From positions 64,048 through 128,047 of the forward strand of contig JAIOOW010000003.1 in assembly GCA_021414205.1 (NCBI GenBank): 64,000 bases of DNA, read 5' to 3'. The notes under the pieces are model-generated. The model did not search any database. It saw nothing but the letters and a program-made list of their open reading frames with translations, and was not told the origin of the DNA. This DNA comes from Candidatus Anderseniibacteriota bacterium. Its GTDB lineage: Bacteria > Patescibacteriota > Andersenbacteria > UBA10190. The position numbers and the translations under genes were made by a program. Below, in pieces: positions 63,444 through 64,000 of the stretch. How positions within the stretch are numbered: position 1 is the first letter of the stretch; every line of letters begins with the position of its first letter.

Positions 63444-64000
63444 GTGGCTAACAAGCTGACGGTCGAAGAGGTGCAGGAGAGGTTTATTCGGTGGGGGGAA
63501 GCGGGTGTGCAGGATGCTACTCTCCGGAAAGAATTCGCCAACGTTCCAAGCGAGGAGCTGCAGGCGATTCTGGAAGCTGGAATGCTAGGCGATGATCACT
63601 GGCTCCGACAGGAGGATGATCAGTGGTTCTTGGTGGACTTTGTGGGTACGAGCCGCACGTGTGCGCTTCGAATCGCACAGACACTGATCGCCAACAAGCT
63701 GCTGCCGGTAAATCAGAAGCCGAAGGTGGAGGATCTGGACAACTTTACCACAGAGGAGTTGTGGAGGCTTGTCGATCTGTATGAATTTACGATCGCGTGT
63801 TTCATGGATGCGATGCATCAAGATCCCAGCCACGAAGTCAACAGGCCATATCGCGAGCTGAAGAAGCGGTTCGACGCGCTGGAAAGCAATAACGCAAAGC
63901 TGCTCCAGGAAAAGCAGCAGGCGGTGGCCGATCTTGGCAAAGCGAATGGCGAGGTCGCAAAGCTGAAAGACGATCTGGCGAAGAAGCCGGTAGTCGCAGC
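63444..64000 (+). CDS. Hypothetical protein with coiled coil (partial, runs off window)
   Basis: Manually translated open frame from GTG 63444 (MANKLTVEEVQERF...) after SD AGGAGG; no stop before the window end. Confidence 0.75.
   Translation, partial: MANKLTVEEVQERFIRWGEAGVQDATLRKEFANVPSEELQAILEAGMLGDDHWLRQEDDQWFLVDFVGTSRTCALRIAQTLIANKLLPVNQKPKVEDLDNFTTEELWRLVDLYEFTIACFMDAMHQDPSHEVNRPYRELKKRFDALESNNAKLLQEKQQAVADLGKANGEVAKLKDDLAKKPVVA

Overview
This window looks like core chromosome from a Patescibacteria (CPR, probably Parcubacteria-type) bacterium using genetic code 11. The evidence is divergent 16S signatures, T4SS-type pilin arrays, a hinge-less SMC and a lack of biosynthetic genes. It holds about 60 CDS for translation, DNA repair, proteostasis and envelope functions, 15 tRNAs, and 16S, 23S and 5S rRNA genes on the minus strand. 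Six points stand out. (1) An AT-rich four-gene islet at the 3' end of a tRNA encodes a HigB/Gp49-like toxin, an XRE antitoxin with a C-terminal extension, a DUF6941-like beta protein and an Abi-alpha-like protein, behind a promoter overlapped by a perfect 26-bp palindrome; it is a candidate new TAC-like defence system. (2) The rRNA locus keeps the 16S-Ile-Ala-23S-5S order but is split by three protein genes; 16S and 23S have matching TTGACA-N16-TATACT promoters, and the 23S one contains a perfect DnaA box. (3) There is a tRNA-Ile with a UAU anticodon. (4) Many genes have a leaderless layout (-10 box 6-7 nt before ATG). (5) Several enzymes appear catalytically degenerate: a soluble P-type ATPase remnant, an MBL-fold protein and a GT4. 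(6) Palindromic elements occur, one of them in frame inside rsmA. All family assignments come from motif recognition by eye, not database searches.
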